Below are positions 17,134 through 26,542 of a stretch of 64,000 bases of DNA, piece after piece. Position numbers and translations under genes: made by a program. The notes under the pieces are model-generated. The model was not told the DNA's origin. It did not search any database and saw nothing but the letters and a program-made list of their open reading frames with translations. Position 1 is the stretch's first letter. Each line of letters opens with the position of its first letter. This DNA is from an uncultured Actinomycetota bacterium. GTDB taxonomy: Bacteria > Actinomycetota > Actinomycetes > Actinomycetales > Demequinaceae. The stretch is from assembly GCA_963735005.1 (NCBI GenBank), contig CAVTJA010000008.1, forward strand, positions 42,829 to 106,828, read 5' to 3'.

Positions 17134-20100
17134 CTACTGGCAGGACTCACACTGCAAACGTTCCATCGGGTCCACGGGGCACGCAACCCCGTCGACCATC
17201 TCGGTGTCGCCGTCCACGGACGACGCGACCGGGCCGGCCTCCGTGAGGTTGAGCTGCGTCGCACCCTCGGGCACGACGCTCGCCTGGGCCTCCACCGGCT
17301 GGGCGGCTTCCTGCGCGGGTACGGCGGCCGGCGCGGGCTCGCTGCGCTCGGGGAGCGCGGTGGGCGGCACCGCAGGCTTGTCGGCCGGCGGCACCGCGAA
17401 CGCCTTGGTGGCGATCGCGGACATGACGGCCGGCGGGGCCGCCACGACGGGACGAGAAGCCACGGCTTGGGCCGTCGGCAGCTGGATCTCGGCCGTGACG
17501 GTCTCGGTGGGGTTCACCTCGACAGTCGACACCGCCGACGCAGGCGCTTGGGCGTCGGCCACGGCGGGCTGGGCCACGGCGGTCTCAGAGACGGGCTCAG
17601 CCGCCGTTGCGGCGCCCTGAAGCGCCTCCGCGGCCGGCGCCACGGTGGTGGCGGCCCCGAAGCCCTTCTTGGCGCCTCCGCCGAACCCTCCGAAGCCCTT
17701 GCGGCCCGAGCCAGCAGGCTTTTGCGAGGTGCCAACCTTGCCGGATGCGGAGCCGGTCGAGTTGATCTTCTCGGTCTTGTTGACGCGAACCGTGGACTGC
17801 TCGGCGGTGTGGCGTGGCTTCATGTGGAGGTAGTACGTCGTCTTGACACCCCGCTCCCACGCGGCCGAGTACAGGGCCATCATGTTGTCGACGTCGCGGT
17901 CCTCAAGGTAGATGTTCCGGCTGATGGCCTGGTCGATCCACTTCTGAGCGCGCGCGGCGACCTCGATGAACGCGTACGGCGACAGCTGGAACGACGTCCG
18001 GTAGACGTCGACCAGGTGCTGCGGAACGCCATCCACGCGGGACAGGTCGCCTTGAACCTCGAGGAGCCGGTCCTTGCAGTCTTCCCAGATGCCCTCGGCC
18101 TGCAGGTCGCGGACAAGGTTGCGGTTGATTTCGAGGAACTTGCCCGACGAGGTGGCGCGGCTAAAGATCTGCGAGAACTGCGGGTCGAATCCGGGCGTGG
18201 TGCCCGCGACCAGGCCGATGGAGGCGGTGGGCGCGACGGCCATCAGCGTGGCGTTGCGGATGCCGCCCTTGACCTTCTCTCGCAGCGAGTCCCAGTCGAG
18301 GCGCGTGGTGCGGTCCACCTGGATGGGGACGCCGCGGTCGGCTTCGGTGGTGGCGAGGGTGTCGAACGGCACGAGGCCCTTCGACCAGCCGGAGCCCTCG
18401 AAGTTGTTGTAGTTGCCGCGCTCGCGAGCGAGATCCGCAGAGGCGTCGATCGCGTGGAAGCTGATGAACTCCATGATCTGGTCGATCAGCGCGTAGGACT
18501 CCTCGGATTCGTACGCGAGGCCCATTCGCTCGGTGACGTCGGTGAAGCCCATGACGCCAAGTCCGATCGCCCGGTTCTCGCTGTTCGCGTGGTCCGACTC
18601 GGTGACGGCGGACAGCGTGATGTCGACGAGGTTGTCGAGCTGGCGCACCGCGAGGCGCGTGGAGGTCTCCATGCGCTTCCAGTCGAGCTTGCCGTCAACA
18701 AAGTGCTCGGACAGGTTCACCGACGCCAGGTTGCAGACGGCGATGTTCTCGCGGTCCTGCGGCAGGCAGATCTCGGTGCACAGGTTGGACAGGTGAATGG
18801 TGCCGGTGTTCGTGTTGAGGGCACGGTTGTTGATCGTGTCCTTCCACGTCAGCCATGGGTGCGACGACGCCTGCAGCGAGATCAGGATCGCCTTGTACTG
18901 CTCGCGGGCACGCATCTTCTTGAAGGTGCGCATCTTGCCGGCCTCGGCCTGCGCCACATACTCGGCGTAGCGGGCGGAGAACGCGGAGCCGGTGAGCTCC
19001 ACGAGGTCGGGGGTCTCGGCCGGGTCGAACAGGTACCAGTCTTGGTCGTTCTGGACGCGCTTCATGAACTCGTCGGAGATCCAGACGGCGGTGTTGGCGG
19101 TGCGGGTGCGGCGGTAGGGGTCGCCGGAGTTGGCGCGCAGATCGAGGAACTGCGGGAAGTCGAGGTGCCAGTTCTCCATGTAGAAGCACAGCGCGCCGAA
19201 CTTCTTGCCGCCGCGGGACACCGCCCGCAGCGTCGAGTCGATGGTGTGCATGAAGGGGATGGGGCCCGTGGACGTGGTGTTGTTCGACTTGATGGGCGAG
19301 CCCTCGGAGCGCAGCTTGGTGACGGACAGCCCGATGCCGCCCGTCCCCTTGGTAAGCCACATGACGTCGCCGACCGTCTTGGCGATGTGGTCCATGTCGT
19401 CTTCCATCTGCATGACGAAGCAGTTGGAAAGCTGCGGGTACGACGTGCCGGCGTTGACGAGCGTGGAGCCCGCGGGCAAGTAGTCGAGGCGCGAGATCTT
19501 GTCGTAAAACTTGATCGCCATCTCGGTGGGGTCGGCCTCGTTAAGGGACAGGCCCATGGAGACGCGCATCCAGAAGTACTGGGGGACCTCGAGCGCCTTG
19601 CCGTGGCGGTCGGTGATCATGTAGCGGTTGCGCATGGTGACCGTGCCGATGTATTTGAGTAGGTCGTCACGCGTGTGGTCGATCGCGGCGGCAAGGGCGT
19701 CCAGGTCGAACAGCGTGACGAGGCGCTCATCAAGCAGGCCTTCCTCGACGGCGTCGCGGATGTATCCCGGGAACCGCGCCTGGTGCAGCAGGGCAAGCTC
19801 GAGGTCGGATTCGTAGTTGCCGAGCACGCGCTTGCAGATGACCTTGCGCAGCAGGCGCGCGGCGATCGTGTCGAAGTCAGGGTCATCCTTGACGTTTTGG
19901 ACGGCGACGCCGATCGCGGCCTCGTCGAGCTGCTCCGTGGTGATGCCGTCAAACAGCGTGATGCCAAGCTCGGTGGCCACCTGGGTGGTCTTGGAGATCG
20001 GGTCCTCAAGGCCGTGGGCGGCGCGCTCGATGGCCTTGTTGATGCGGTCGGCGTCGTAGGGTTCACGGCTGCCGTCACGCTTGGTGACGTAGATGCCCGT

Positions 20101-20172
20101 GTACGCGGGCGCAGGTGCGTCGGTGGCGCCGGCGGTGGCGCCCGCCTCGATGTTGGGGTCGGTAATCGTCAC
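17134..20172 (-). CDS. nrdA: ribonucleotide reductase large (alpha) subunit with ATP-cone and long low-complexity C-terminal tail
   Basis: ATP-cone YVTKRDGSREPYDADRINKAIERA, catalytic-core motifs (NLCTEI, GLGVMG) and a terminal Cys pair CESCQ. GTG at 20172 follows GGAGAGGG. Confidence 0.93.
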   Translation of the reverse strand: MTITDPNIEAGATAGATDAPAPAYTGIYVTKRDGSREPYDADRINKAIERAAHGLEDPISKTTQVATELGITLFDGITTEQLDEAAIGVAVQNVKDDPDFDTIAARLLRKVICKRVLGNYESDLELALLHQARFPGYIRDAVEEGLLDERLVTLFDLDALAAAIDHTRDDLLKYIGTVTMRNRYMITDRHGKALEVPQYFWMRVSMGLSLNEADPTEMAIKFYDKISRLDYLPAGSTLVNAGTSYPQLSNCFVMQMEDDMDHIAKTVGDVMWLTKGTGGIGLSVTKLRSEGSPIKSNNTTSTGPIPFMHTIDSTLRAVSRGGKKFGALCFYMENWHLDFPQFLDLRANSGDPYRRTRTANTAVWISDEFMKRVQNDQDWYLFDPAETPDLVELTGSAFSARYAEYVAQAEAGKMRTFKKMRAREQYKAILISLQASSHPWLTWKDTINNRALNTNTGTIHLSNLCTEICLPQDRENIAVCNLASVNLSEHFVDGKLDWKRMETSTRLAVRQLDNLVDITLSAVTESDHANSENRAIGLGVMGFTDVTERMGLAYESEESYALIDQIMEFISFHAIDASADLARERGNYNNFEGSGWSKGLVPFDTLATTEADRGVPIQVDRTTRLDWDSLREKVKGGIRNATLMAVAPTASIGLVAGTTPGFDPQFSQIFSRATSSGKFLEINRNLVRDLQAEGIWEDCKDRLLEVQGDLSRVDGVPQHLVDVYRTSFQLSPYAFIEVAARAQKWIDQAISRNIYLEDRDVDNMMALYSAAWERGVKTTYYLHMKPRHTAEQSTVRVNKTEKINSTGSASGKVGTSQKPAGSGRKGFGGFGGGAKKGFGAATTVAPAAEALQGAATAAEPVSETAVAQPAVADAQAPASAVSTVEVNPTETVTAEIQLPTAQAVASRPVVAAPPAVMSAIATKAFAVPPADKPAVPPTALPERSEPAPAAVPAQEAAQPVEAQASVVPEGATQLNLTEAGPVASSVDGDTEMVDGVACPVDPMERLQCESCQ

Positions 20173-20320
20173 GGTGTTCCCTCTCCATCCCGGCGTCAGC
20201 CGAGCCAGTCCTGTGAATCCTTGAAATCTGATGTTTTCGGCGCGCTCAACGCCTGCTGACGCCTTACCGCTCCATTGCGATCAGGGCGTTCCACGACTCT
20301 ACGAAAGTCGGCCCCAAAAC

Positions 20321-20336
20321 GCAACATCTTGTGGCG
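20321..20336 (-). promoter_or_regulatory. candidate NrdR box 1
   Basis: gcAACATCTTGTGGcg, similar to the AT-centred palindromic NrdR box. It lies in the nrdA upstream region. Confidence 0.5.
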
Positions 20337-20350
20337 TGTCGCGCCACAGA

Positions 20351-20366
20351 CCCCTAGATATGGGGG
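20351..20366 (-). promoter_or_regulatory. candidate NrdR box 2
   Basis: CCCCTAGATATGGGGG is near-palindromic. Its centre is about 30 bp from box 1, roughly three helical turns. Confidence 0.5.
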
Positions 20367-20578
20367 TCACTGTTGAGAAATCTGTGTAAATCCTGTGCAC
20401 AACTCGGCGTGTCATCCACAACTGTCCACAATCGAGGCGGAACATACGCCCCTGAGCCCCGCGGGCGCCTCTCGGCGGCCTTGTAGCACTCCTCTATGGT
20501 CCCGCAGGGGTCTGACACTCGCCCAGCACGACTAATTCCGCAACCGCGAAGCCAGCAACTGCACAGCCTTGTCGCGCG

Positions 20579-21058
20579 CTATGCGCCCGCGCGCCTCGAA
20601 CGCGCGACGCGCACCGCAACCACCGTCGCCGTGATCACGACCGCGGTCGCCGCGAACTGGACGAGAAGAAAGATCGGCACGAACAGCGCGAGAGTTTCGA
20701 GGCCGAGATCGCCGTGGTCGGTGAAGAAGAAGTCGCGCACCATCTCCTCAGAGAAGAAGATGTGGGCGAACGTCGCTACCAAGAGGACGGGCACCGAGAA
20801 CCGCGTCGCCCACAGCAGCGTTGTCGCAGGCGCACCCCGCTCGGCCGCGCGCCCAGTGAGCACCGCCGCCACGACCGGGACCGCTGCCACAGCGATGCTC
20901 CCCGGGCCCAACCACCGGGGCAAGGCCATCAGGGCGCCGAGCGCGGCGAGAACCTCGCCAGCGATCATCCACCCGGCGTTGCCCAACTCGAGCGCGCGCG
21001 GCGGACCGCCGCGCCGGTCGGGCGTCGGACCGAGAACCTGGTCGAGGCTGCGTGCCAC
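20579..21058 (-). CDS. hypothetical integral membrane protein
   Basis: 159 aa with four hydrophobic segments. It starts 3 nt downstream of upp on the same strand. Confidence 0.5.
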   Translation of the reverse strand: MARSLDQVLGPTPDRRGGPPRALELGNAGWMIAGEVLAALGALMALPRWLGPGSIAVAAVPVVAAVLTGRAAERGAPATTLLWATRFSVPVLLVATFAHIFFSEEMVRDFFFTDHGDLGLETLALFVPIFLLVQFAATAVVITATVVAVRVARSRRAGA

Positions 21059-21061
21059 GAC

Positions 21062-21700
21062 CTAATCCACGACTCCGTACAGCCGGTCGCCCGCGTCGCC
21101 GAGCCCGGGCACGATGTACCCGACCTCGTTGAGCTTCTCGTCGACGGTCGCGACCACGCACGACACGTCGGCGCGCCCCTCGAAGTGCTTGTCAACCGCC
21201 TCGATGCCCTCGGGCGCCGCGAGCAGGCACACCGCAGTCACGTCGGTAGCGCCGCGCTCCAGCACGTAGTCGATCGCTGCGATCAGCGACCCCCCGGTGG
21301 CGAGCATCGGGTCAAGCACGAACACCTGGCGCCCGGTGAGGTCGTCTGGCAGGCGATTCGCGTAGGTCACAGCCTCCAGCGTCTGCTCGTCGCGTTTGAG
21401 TCCCAGGAAGCCCACCTCGGCGCTCGGGATCAGCCGCGTCAGGCCGTCCAGCATTCCCAGCCCCGCGCGCAGGATCGGGACGATGATCGGGGCCGGGCTG
21501 GCGATGTGCGTCCCCGTTGTCCGCTGGAGGGGCGTCTCGACCTCCTTGGGCTCGACGCGCACGTGCCGGGTGGCTTCGTACGCCAGCAGCGTCACCAACT
21601 CGTCGACGAGCAAACGGAAGGTCGCCGACGGCGTGGCCTTGTCGCGCAGGACGGTCACCTTGTGGGCGATGAGCGGGTGGTCTGCTACGTAGAGGCGCAT
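21062..21700 (-). CDS. upp: uracil phosphoribosyltransferase
   Basis: [20 protein letters not shown] and the PRPP loop [13 protein letters not shown]. Confidence 0.93.
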   Translation of the reverse strand: MRLYVADHPLIAHKVTVLRDKATPSATFRLLVDELVTLLAYEATRHVRVEPKEVETPLQRTTGTHIASPAPIIVPILRAGLGMLDGLTRLIPSAEVGFLGLKRDEQTLEAVTYANRLPDDLTGRQVFVLDPMLATGGSLIAAIDYVLERGATDVTAVCLLAAPEGIEAVDKHFEGRADVSCVVATVDEKLNEVGYIVPGLGDAGDRLYGVVD

Positions 21701-21734
21701 GCGACCACGTTAGCGCCCCGGTTAGCCTTGGAAC

Positions 21735-22196
21735 ATGCCACGCGACGACTTTGACAGCGCCATGGAGTTTGCCCTCAACGAGGCTCGACGAGCACCGGTG
21801 TTCGGTGACGTGCCAGTGGGGGCGGTCGTTCTCAACACCTCCGGCCGCATCGTCGGCATCGGCCGCAACCGGCGCGAGGAGCTCGGAGACCCGACCGCGC
21901 ACGCCGAGATCGTCGCGCTGCGCGCCGCGGCCGCCGCCCAGAAGACGTGGCGGCTCGACGGCCATACCCTCGTCGTCACCTTGGAGCCGTGCGCAATGTG
22001 CGCCGGCGCGATCCTGCAGGCGCGCATCGCGAGACTCGTGATCGGGGCCTGGGACGAGAAGGCGGGCGCTACCGGCAGCCAGTGGGACCTTGTCAGGGAC
22101 GGACGCGTGGGCGCCAAGGTCGAGGTGATTTCTGGCATCCGCGAGAACGAGTGCTCGACGCTGCTCACGGCGTTCTTCGACGCGAAGCGCGGCTAG
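21735..22196 (+). CDS. tadA: tRNA adenosine(34) deaminase
   Basis: Deaminase zinc motifs HAEIVAL and PCAMCAGA. Confidence 0.92.
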   Translation: MPRDDFDSAMEFALNEARRAPVFGDVPVGAVVLNTSGRIVGIGRNRREELGDPTAHAEIVALRAAAAAQKTWRLDGHTLVVTLEPCAMCAGAILQARIARLVIGAWDEKAGATGSQWDLVRDGRVGAKVEVISGIRENECSTLLTAFFDAKRG

Positions 22197-22247
22197 CCAC
22201 GGGCCCCAGTTTGGAGCGGCGCCATGCGGGCAGGTATCCTCGTCCGC

Positions 22248-22337
22248 GGTGGCGTGTCCGAGCGGCCTAAGGAGCACGCCTCGAAAGCGTGTGTGGGTGA
22301 AAGTCCACCGCGGGTTCAAATCCCGCCGCCACCGCCA
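22248..22337 (+). tRNA. tRNA-Ser (anticodon CGA), CCA encoded
   Basis: Acceptor stem GGTGGCG/CGCCACC, anticodon loop CTCGAAA, a long variable arm and T-loop GGTTCAAATCC. Confidence 0.92.
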
Positions 22338-22338
22338 C

Positions 22339-22374
22339 GAAAGCCCGGCCCGCGAACAGCGGCGCCGGGCTTTC
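22339..22374 (+). terminator. stem-loop after tRNA-Ser
   Basis: gaaagcccggc...gccgggctttc. Confidence 0.65.
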
Positions 22375-22406
22375 TGCGTCCCGGGCCTACTCGCGCGCGA
22401 GCGCGC

Positions 22407-22769
22407 TCAGACGGACGCGATTCCGCCCGCTGCATTCGCGGCGACGAATACGATCACCAGCAGCCACAGCGCGACGCCTACGATTCCGATGATCACCGCG
22501 GCCTTGGCAAGCCCGTATCCACCCTCGCCCGTCCGGCTCACCGTGGACTGGGCGAAGCGGCCAAGGATGATCGCGACGATGCTCACGAGCGGGACCACAC
22601 CGAAGAGCGACAGCACGAACGCGGCGATCGCTGAGCCGTTGGTGGGCGGCAGCGCGACGCGCGGCGGCCCGTCAACCGTCGGGGCCTGCGTATACGGGAT
22701 CGGCTGCGGCGAGGGAGGCGTGGACGTCGCGCTACGCGGCGCGAACGGGTTGTCCTCGGGCGTCGTCAT
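22407..22769 (-). CDS. DUF4190-like small membrane protein
   Basis: The ATG at 22769 gives 120 aa: a Pro-rich N-terminus and then two hydrophobic helices (AIAAFVLSLFGVVPLVSIVAIILG, AAVIIGIVGVALWLLVIVFV). The track ORF is over-extended. Confidence 0.7.
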   Translation of the reverse strand: MTTPEDNPFAPRSATSTPPSPQPIPYTQAPTVDGPPRVALPPTNGSAIAAFVLSLFGVVPLVSIVAIILGRFAQSTVSRTGEGGYGLAKAAVIIGIVGVALWLLVIVFVAANAAGGIASV

Positions 22770-22771
22770 TG

Positions 22772-23500
22772 CTAGTCGTTGAAGTTGCCGTTGTCGGTCA
22801 CGACGTCCGGTGACGCGGTCGCTGAAGGCGAGGGTTCGACCGGGGGAAGGTCCGCGGGGTACACGCGCGGTGCAGGCTCCTCGACGACTTCGCTTGGCTG
22901 GATGCACTGCCCGGGGGCCGCGAGGTAGAGATCCTTGCTGAGCTCGGGGGCAAACTGCGGGCGCAGGCTGTTGACCTCGCTGAATGCGAGGCCGATGACG
23001 ACGTCGACGCTGTGGCCCTTGCGCTGGTCTTGGACCATCTCGTAATCCACAAAGTGACGTGCGACCGTATAGGCCTCCGCGACGCCCTCGTCGCCGAAGC
23101 TGATGCGCACCGCGCCGTCGTACTTGCCGCGGCTCCAGTTGTTCGCGCCGCCGCTCACGAAGCCACGGCCCGTCAGCTTGTCTAGCGTGTTGCCCGCGAT
23201 GCCCGCCACGCCGGAGCCATTGAGCACGCGAACCTTCACGCGGTCGGGGTCGAGCGGAAGGATGTCGGGCGGGCACGGCAGATTGACGGTTGAGTCGACG
23301 TTCGAGGCAAGCGTGATGATCGGGTCCGTGAACGGTCCCTTGGTGCGCCCTGAGTAGATCGACGCGGCCGAAAACGCCACGGTGCCAAGCGCAATGATGA
23401 GGATGCCAAATACGACGATCTGGCGTTCGCGCCGGTGGCGGCGCAACACCTCGCGGCGAGTCCGTACTCGGCCCGTCGTCGTCGGCTGCTTGTCGTTCAC
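22772..23500 (-). CDS. LytR_C domain membrane-anchored protein
   Basis: N-terminal TM helix, then VKVRVLNGSGVAGIAGNTLDKLTGRGF, which is typical of the LytR C-terminal domain. Confidence 0.8.
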   Translation of the reverse strand: MNDKQPTTTGRVRTRREVLRRHRRERQIVVFGILIIALGTVAFSAASIYSGRTKGPFTDPIITLASNVDSTVNLPCPPDILPLDPDRVKVRVLNGSGVAGIAGNTLDKLTGRGFVSGGANNWSRGKYDGAVRISFGDEGVAEAYTVARHFVDYEMVQDQRKGHSVDVVIGLAFSEVNSLRPQFAPELSKDLYLAAPGQCIQPSEVVEEPAPRVYPADLPPVEPSPSATASPDVVTDNGNFND

Positions 23501-23527
23501 GGTGCCACCCTAGTTGAGAGCTGAACC

Positions 23528-23615
23528 TGGCGGAGGATAGGGGATTCGAACCCCTGAGGGCTTTCACCCAACACGCTTTCCAAGCGTGCGCCATAGGCCA
23601 CTAGGCGAATCCTCC
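23528..23615 (-). tRNA. tRNA-Ser (anticodon GGA), CCA encoded
   Basis: The reverse complement reads GGAGGATTCGCCTAGTGG...CTTGGAAAG...GGTTCGAATCCCCTATCCTCCGCCA. Confidence 0.92.
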
Positions 23616-23714
23616 AAGGCCCCTGATGTTACTAGAGCAACGCACAAGCCACGAACCTGGTGCCCGAACCGGGGTCACGATCTTTTCTGAGCAGGCGGTT
23701 GCGCGGCTAGACTT

Positions 23715-23812
23715 GGCGGCGGCCCCTCACGTGGCGTCACCTTTCGGAACTCCCCCAGGGCGGAAACGCAGCAAGGGTACGGAGGCTCTGACGGGTGCGT
23801 GGGGGGTCCTTC
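23715..23812 (+). ncRNA. ffs: signal recognition particle RNA (small 4.5S type), boundaries approximate
   Basis: Domain IV-like CCCAGGGCGGAAACGCAGCAAGGGTA (GNRA-type apical loop flanked by AGCA/AGG). CCCCTCACG can pair with CGTGGGGGG. The position just upstream of dnaX is classical. Confidence 0.7.
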
Positions 23813-23851
23813 TTTACCCGCACGTGGGTGGCCTGGCCTAGAGTCGTGTCT

Positions 23852-25861
23852 GTGACAACAGCCTTGTACCGCCGCTACCGGCCCGACACCTTCGCGGATG
23901 TCGTCGGGCAGGAGCACGTCACCGTGCCGCTGCGCCAGGCCCTCGCGTCAGACAAGGTCAACCACGCGTACCTGTTTAGCGGCCCGCGCGGCTGCGGCAA
24001 GACCACCTCCGCCCGGATTCTCGCTCGCTGCCTCAATTGCGCCGAGGGTCCAACGGATACTCCGTGCGGTAAGTGCGACTCCTGCATCCAGCTGGCGCGC
24101 GGGGGCAGCGGCTCAGTGGACGTCGTCGAGATCGACGCCGCCTCCCACAACGGTGTGGACGACGCGCGGGAGCTGCGCGAGCGTGCCGCGTTTGCGCCCG
24201 CGCGCGACAAGTACAAGATCTTCATTCTCGACGAGGCGCACATGGTGACGCCGCAGGGCTTCAACGCCCTCCTGAAGCTCGTGGAGGAGCCGCCGCCGCA
24301 CGTGCGGTTCATCTTCGCCACGACGGAGCCAGAGAAGGTCATTTCGACCATCCGCTCGCGCACCCACCACTACCCGTTCCGGCTCGTCCCGCCGGCGATC
24401 CTGACCGACTACCTTGGCAAGCTGTGCGAGGCGGAGGGCGTCACGGTCGAGGGCGGCGTGTTGCCACTGGTCGTGCGCGCGGGCGGCGGGTCAGTGCGCG
24501 ACTCGCTTTCCGTGCTCGACCAGCTGATGGCGGGTTCCGACTCGGGCGGCGTGACCTACGAGCGCGCCATCTCCCTGCTCGGCTTCACCGACGCGACGCT
24601 ACTGGACGACGCCATCGGCGCCATTGCGGCGTCCGACGGCGCCTCGCTGTTCGACGTGATCGACCGCGTCATCCAGACGGGCCACGAGCCGCGCCGGTTC
24701 GTCGAGGACCTGCTCGAGCGGGTGCGCGACATCCTGGTGCTCGCGGCGTCGGGCGACGCGGGCGTGAAGGCGCTCGGCGAGGTGCCGGAGGACCAGCTCA
24801 CGACCATGCGCGACCACGCCCGGCAGCTGGGCCTCGAGCGCGCGTCGCGCGCTGGCGACCTGATCAACGACGCGCTGACGTCGATGGTCGGGGCGACCTC
24901 GCCACGGCTTCACCTTGAGCTGCTCGCCGCCAGGCTGCTGGCGGCCGACGGCGCGCGGGCCTCGGCAATCGCGGCCGCCCCGCGCCAGCAGGCGCCCGCT
25001 CCGGCAACCGCAACGCCTCCCGCGCCTACGCCTGCGCCAGAGCCCGAGATGCCCAGGCGCCGTGAGGTGCGCGCCGCGGCCGAGGCGCAAGCAGCGGCTA
25101 CACCCGCGCCCCCGGCCGAGCGTGAGGCCACGGCTGAGGCCACGGCTGAGGCCGAGGAACAGCCCAAGCCCGCGGCCAAAACCGCCGCCCGTGAACCCAA
25201 GCCTGAACCTGAGCCAGCAGCCGCGGCTGCCCCGCCCGAACCCGCCCCGGCGCCACCGGCGCCACCTGCGGCACCTGCGGCACCTGCGGAGGCAGCTTCC
25301 ACGGAGCCCACCGCCCCCGGCACCTCAGCGGAGGACACCGAGCTGGTGCGCAGGCGCTGGGCCGAGGTGCTCGGCACCCTCGAACGCAGGCGCGTCACGT
25401 GGGTACTGGTCTCGCAGAGCGCGCAGGTGGCGGCCGTCACCGGCACCGAGGTGCACCTCGCGTTCGCCAGCCCGCAGCTGGCAGACCGGTTCAACGCCGG
25501 CAACCACGCCGAGAACGTCTCCCTTGCAGTCCGCGAGACGCTCGGGCTGCAGTTGCGGGCCGTCGGCACCGCCGGCCCAGGTGAACCGCCCGCAGCGCCG
25601 GCGCCCACGCCTGCCCCCGCTGCCACGAGCGCACCTGCCGCGCCAAGCCCGCCACCTCCCGCGCCCGACGATGCCGGGGAGTCTCTCGCCTCCAAACTGA
25701 AGTCCGCCGCGAAGCCCGCCGCCAAGCGCGAGCAAGCCGCAGCGTCGGTCCCCGACGAGGAGGACGTAAGCGCCGACGACGCGCTCGCGGATGGCGGCAA
25801 CAAGGCTGGCGCCGACGTCGTGGCCGAGATGCTCGGCGGCACGATCGTCGAGGACGACTAG
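23852..25861 (+). CDS. dnaX: DNA polymerase III subunits gamma/tau
   Basis: ALYRRYRPDTFADVVGQEHV, Walker A GPRGCGKTT, Cys module CGKCDSC and a long A/P-rich linker. The GTG at 23852 is the chosen start. Confidence 0.93.
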   Translation: MTTALYRRYRPDTFADVVGQEHVTVPLRQALASDKVNHAYLFSGPRGCGKTTSARILARCLNCAEGPTDTPCGKCDSCIQLARGGSGSVDVVEIDAASHNGVDDARELRERAAFAPARDKYKIFILDEAHMVTPQGFNALLKLVEEPPPHVRFIFATTEPEKVISTIRSRTHHYPFRLVPPAILTDYLGKLCEAEGVTVEGGVLPLVVRAGGGSVRDSLSVLDQLMAGSDSGGVTYERAISLLGFTDATLLDDAIGAIAASDGASLFDVIDRVIQTGHEPRRFVEDLLERVRDILVLAASGDAGVKALGEVPEDQLTTMRDHARQLGLERASRAGDLINDALTSMVGATSPRLHLELLAARLLAADGARASAIAAAPRQQAPAPATATPPAPTPAPEPEMPRRREVRAAAEAQAAATPAPPAEREATAEATAEAEEQPKPAAKTAAREPKPEPEPAAAAAPPEPAPAPPAPPAAPAAPAEAASTEPTAPGTSAEDTELVRRRWAEVLGTLERRRVTWVLVSQSAQVAAVTGTEVHLAFASPQLADRFNAGNHAENVSLAVRETLGLQLRAVGTAGPGEPPAAPAPTPAPAATSAPAAPSPPPPAPDDAGESLASKLKSAAKPAAKREQAAASVPDEEDVSADDALADGGNKAGADVVAEMLGGTIVEDD

Positions 25862-25909
25862 CGCCGCGCCTGGCCGCCCGCCCGGCCTGCCCGGCTTACG
25901 CTTGTCGGC

Positions 25910-26506
25910 ATGTACGACGGAGCGGTGCAGGACCTCATTGACGAACTCGGGCGGCTGCCCGGGATCGGCCCCAAGAGCGCCCAGCGCATCGCGTTCCACG
26001 TGTTGGCGGCTGACCGCGCGGACATCGACCGCCTCGCCGCGACCCTCACGGAGGTCAAGGACAAGGTGCGGTTCTGCGAGACCTGCGGAAACGTCGCTGA
26101 GTCCGAGCAGTGCCGCATCTGTGCCGACGAGCGCCGGTCGCCCGAGCTACTGTGCGTCGTCGAAGAGCCAAAGGACGTCATGGCGATCGAGCGCACTCGC
26201 GAGTTCCGCGGCAGGTATCACGTGCTTGGCGGCGCGATCGATCCGATGGCGGGCGTGGGTCCTGACGACTTGCGGATCAAGCAGTTGCTCACCCGCCTGG
26301 GCGACGGCGCTATCACCGAGGTCATCATCGCCACCGACCCCAACATCGAGGGCGAGGCGACGGCGACGTACCTCACCCGCATGTTGGCACCGCTCGGCGT
26401 GACGGTGTCCCGCCTCGCGTCTGGCCTGCCGGTGGGCGGCGACCTTGAGTACGCCGACGAGGTCACGCTCGGCCGCGCCTTCGAGGGGCGCCGCGTCGTC
26501 AGCTAG
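25910..26506 (+). CDS. recR: recombination protein RecR
   Basis: Hh[17 protein letters not shown]4 zinc finger CETCGN...CRIC and a Toprim domain. Confidence 0.95.
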   Translation: MYDGAVQDLIDELGRLPGIGPKSAQRIAFHVLAADRADIDRLAATLTEVKDKVRFCETCGNVAESEQCRICADERRSPELLCVVEEPKDVMAIERTREFRGRYHVLGGAIDPMAGVGPDDLRIKQLLTRLGDGAITEVIIATDPNIEGEATATYLTRMLAPLGVTVSRLASGLPVGGDLEYADEVTLGRAFEGRRVVS

Positions 26507-26542
26507 CCCGGCACTACCAGCTCGCCGCGCAATGACGGCGCG

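Noticed and set aside
20173-20320. Cobalamin (B12) riboswitch in the nrdA leader, as known for some actinobacterial class Ia nrd operons.
   Set aside because: The reverse-complemented leader was read through. No B12-box-like element (AGYCMGGAGACCKGCC-type) or conserved GCCACTG core was seen. Only a local GGCGTCAGC/GCTGACGCC pairing was found.
22248-23615. Genomic island or prophage remnant at the two tRNA-Ser genes, and likewise at tRNA-Pro (37365..37438).
   Set aside because: There is no integrase, recombinase or phage-like gene. I saw no duplicated tRNA 3' end nearby. The flanking genes are conserved backbone (tadA, LytR_C, ffs/dnaX; ponA operon). The duplicated membrane cassette next to tRNA-Pro is reported separately, without a mobility claim.
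25264-25290. Short 9-bp repeat (gcacctgcg x3) in dnaX.
   Set aside because: It has only three copies within an A/P-rich coding linker. It is an ordinary low-complexity coding repeat and does not need separate reporting.
23852-25861. Programmed ribosomal frameshift site in dnaX (A AAA AAG-type) producing gamma.
   Set aside because: I saw no A-rich slippery heptamer anywhere in the gene. The long A/P-rich linker is ordinary for actinobacterial tau.
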